Below are positions 46,013 through 48,086 of a stretch of 48,086 nt of DNA, in pieces. The notes under the pieces are model-generated. The model saw nothing but the letters and a program-made list of their open reading frames with translations. It made no database searches and was not told the origin of the DNA. How positions within the stretch are numbered: position 1 is the stretch's first letter; each line of letters opens with the position of its first letter. The stretch is taken from the NCBI GenBank assembly GCA_029861625.1, contig JAOTZB010000001.1, positions 1 through 48,086 of the forward strand. The letters run 5' to 3'. Origin of the DNA: Acidimicrobiia bacterium (lineage in GTDB: Bacteria > Actinomycetota > Acidimicrobiia > Acidimicrobiales > JAHEJN01). A program made the translations under genes and the position numbers.

Positions 46013-46762
46013 ATGCCCTCGCTGACCCGCTCGCTCAGGGTGCTCCTCGTGGAGTTGTTGATCGGAGCGCTCGTGATCTTCGCCGTCGAAGTCGCGGCCG
46101 GACTGGTCTGGTGGCTCGCCGTGATCGTCGCCGTTGTCATCATGGGTGCGCTCGGCGTGTACATCGTCCGCACCGCCCCCGCAGCGGTTGCGTCGATGGT
46201 GAAGGCCGAACCGGCCGATCCGGTTCGCCACGAGCGTCTGACCCACCTGGTCGCGTCGCTCTGCCTGGCCAACGGACTGGCCGAGCCCGAGATCCTGGTG
46301 ATCCCCGAGGCGGCCCCGAACGCCCTGGTCGTCGGTCGTTCCGCCCGCCAGTCGAAGCTCATCGTCACCGACGGGTTGTTGCACGTCCTCAACCGGATCG
46401 AGCTCGAAGGAGTGGTTGCCCATCTCCTCAGCCGCGTGCGCTCCAGCGAGGTGGGCAACGACACGCTGGCCGCGGTCGTGGTCGGCCGTTGGCTTGCTCC
46501 GTTCGTCGGTGTTCGCACTCAGGTTCTCCATTGGGTCGTCGGCCCGCATCATGCGATGCGTGCGGATTTCGAGGCGGTTTCGATGACCCGGTACCCCCCA
46601 GGACTCGAATCGGCGCTCGCGACGTTGAGCACCCACCACCAGTCAGTACGATCTGGCGGTCGTCCGACACAGCACCTGTGGATCGACGAACCCGTGGCAT
46701 CCCATGACGAGGCCATACACCTCCCACTCGCCGAACGCATCGAAGCCCTCCAGGAGATCTGA
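46013..46762 (+). CDS. M48/HtpX-like membrane protein with degenerate zinc-binding motif (HLLSR instead of HExxH)
   Basis: Two N-terminal TMs. HtpX-like PEILVIPEAAPNALVVG...IVTDGLL...ELEGVVAHLLSRV and the distal RADFEAVSMTRYPPGLESAL. Confidence 0.75.
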   Translation: MPSLTRSLRVLLVELLIGALVIFAVEVAAGLVWWLAVIVAVVIMGALGVYIVRTAPAAVASMVKAEPADPVRHERLTHLVASLCLANGLAEPEILVIPEAAPNALVVGRSARQSKLIVTDGLLHVLNRIELEGVVAHLLSRVRSSEVGNDTLAAVVVGRWLAPFVGVRTQVLHWVVGPHHAMRADFEAVSMTRYPPGLESALATLSTHHQSVRSGGRPTQHLWIDEPVASHDEAIHLPLAERIEALQEI

Positions 46763-46767
46763 CCCCC

Positions 46768-47892
46768 GTGACTCGTATCCGCGCTCTCCTAGCGCTCTTC
46801 ATCGTCTTCGCTCTCGCGGCTGCGGCGTGCGGCGGTGGCGACGACCCGATCCTCGATCCCGACGAGACAACACCTGTCGATGAGCCCGAGGAGGAGACGC
46901 TCGAGGCGGCCGATGAGGACGATGACGAGCCGACACCGACCCCCACGCCGACCGAGCCGATCCAGCCTCTGACCGGACTGCCGTTGGACGACCCGTCGAT
47001 CATGGAGCGTCCCGCGCTCATGGTGAAGATCGACAACTCTCCCGATGCCCGTCCTCAGGAGGGTCTCAACGAGGCCGATCAGGTCATCGAGCTTCTGGTC
47101 GAGGGCATCACCAGGCTCGCGTTCGTGTTCCACTCGACCGATACCGATCCGGTCGGGCCGATCCGGTCCGGACGCAGCAGCGATCCCGATCTCGCCGGCA
47201 ACTACAACCGACCGCTCTTCGCCTGGTCGGGAGGAAACGCGACGGTTCGAGGCGAGGTCCGACAGGGCGAGGTCGACGGCAAGCTCTACGACATCGGCGT
47301 CGACCAGTCGCCCCCCGACTACTACCGGGCCGGCTCGCCTCGCTTCGCGCCGCACAATCTGATGTCGACCACCGAAGCGCTGTACGCCCTGTCGCCCGAC
47401 GAGAACGAGCCACCGCTACAGATCTTCGACTACCGGGGTGAAGACGGCGACCTACCGTCGGATGCCGACGAGGTCCCGGGTATCGAGATCACGTGGCGAG
47501 GCGGCCTCCAGGTCCACTACGTCTGGAACGACGATCTCGGTGGCTGGTCGCGATTCCAGCGCGACACCCCTCACGTCGATGCCGAGGGCGTCCAGGCCAC
47601 GCCGCCGAACGTGGTCCTGTTCACGACCCCGTACGGCGCCTCCGCCGCGACGAGCTTGTCGCCCCAGGCACTCACCGTCGGCAGCGGCGAGGCATTCGTG
47701 CTCACCGACGGCATGGGAATCGACGGGGCCTGGAGCCGCGAGGATGCACTCGAACCGTGGGACCTCCTCGGCCTCGACGACGAGCCGATCGGTCTCACGC
47801 CCGGCCAGACATTCATCGGGCTCGTCGAGCCGGGCAACGTCCGGATCCTGACCCAGGCCGAGGCCGACGAGCTCCTCGAACAGGTCGTCTGA
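46768..47892 (+). CDS. DUF3048-like lipoprotein
   Basis: Lipobox FALAAAACGGG, an acidic/Pro-Thr linker, then PALMVKIDNSPDARPQEGLNEADQVIELLVEGITRLAFVF, typical of DUF3048. Confidence 0.72.
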   Translation: MTRIRALLALFIVFALAAAACGGGDDPILDPDETTPVDEPEEETLEAADEDDDEPTPTPTPTEPIQPLTGLPLDDPSIMERPALMVKIDNSPDARPQEGLNEADQVIELLVEGITRLAFVFHSTDTDPVGPIRSGRSSDPDLAGNYNRPLFAWSGGNATVRGEVRQGEVDGKLYDIGVDQSPPDYYRAGSPRFAPHNLMSTTEALYALSPDENEPPLQIFDYRGEDGDLPSDADEVPGIEITWRGGLQVHYVWNDDLGGWSRFQRDTPHVDAEGVQATPPNVVLFTTPYGASAATSLSPQALTVGSGEAFVLTDGMGIDGAWSREDALEPWDLLGLDDEPIGLTPGQTFIGLVEPGNVRILTQAEADELLEQVV

Positions 47893-47957
47893 CGGTCCGA
47901 CGGCGAGAAACTCTCGTGGGCGCGGGCCCTCGGGCTTCGCGGCCGTACACTGCGGAC

Positions 47958-48086
47958 ATGGCCGATCATCGAGAACAGGATCATCAGACACAGGGCGGCG
48001 TGTCCCGCGACACGGCCACCGTCCGCGTCAAGCGCGGCCTCGCCGAGATGCTGAAGGGCGGCGTCATCATGGACGTCGTCACCGCC
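47958..48086 (+). CDS. pdxS: pyridoxal 5'-phosphate synthase lyase subunit PdxS (5' fragment, continues past the right edge)
   Basis: Hand translation gives MADHREQDHQTQGGVSRDTATVRVKRGLAEMLKGGVIMDVVTA. The KRGLAEMLKGGVIMDV block is the conserved PdxS N-terminus. Confidence 0.9.
   Translation, partial: MADHREQDHQTQGGVSRDTATVRVKRGLAEMLKGGVIMDVVTA

Overview
High-GC, densely coding chromosomal window. Markers for mycothiol (mshC), F420 (npdG-like reductase, PPOX-class enzyme) and phosphatidylinositol-mannoside synthesis (pgsA1-patA-pimA next to thrS and a HIT gene) point to Actinomycetota. I found no transposase, integrase, CRISPR array or rRNA. Most of the window is housekeeping or transport: tRNA-Val, an SDR, an amidase, an ECF sigma module, a GDPD lipoprotein, a five-gene Dpp/Opp-type peptide ABC operon ending in a family III CoA-transferase, three translationally coupled ABC genes (one apparently frameshifted), two CNNM/CorC-type proteins, an M23 peptidase, fabI/inhA, plsC, thrS, LemA, and the start of pdxS. 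The accessory part is 24.0-35.9 kb. It holds a multi-TM histidine kinase and a LuxR-type response regulator, transcribed divergently from an 11-gene, tightly coupled Tad/Flp pilus operon: two tandem flp pilins, tadE-like, Cys-rich tadG-like, cpaB, tadZ/cpaE, tadA/cpaF, a vWA-TadB fusion, tadC, and a terminal stand-alone DnaB_C/KaiC-like RecA-superfamily ATPase. That terminal ATPase and the vWA-TadB fusion are not part of the canonical Tad gene set and are my top candidates for undescribed biology. No secretin or prepilin peptidase is present in the window. Many long Arg/Asp/Gly-rich ORFs in the track are antisense or shadow frames typical of high-GC DNA and were rejected. Several tracked ORFs carry spurious N-terminal extensions. 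I re-set those starts by hand, using start/stop overlaps (ATGA, GTGA) and Shine-Dalgarno motifs visible in the sequence.
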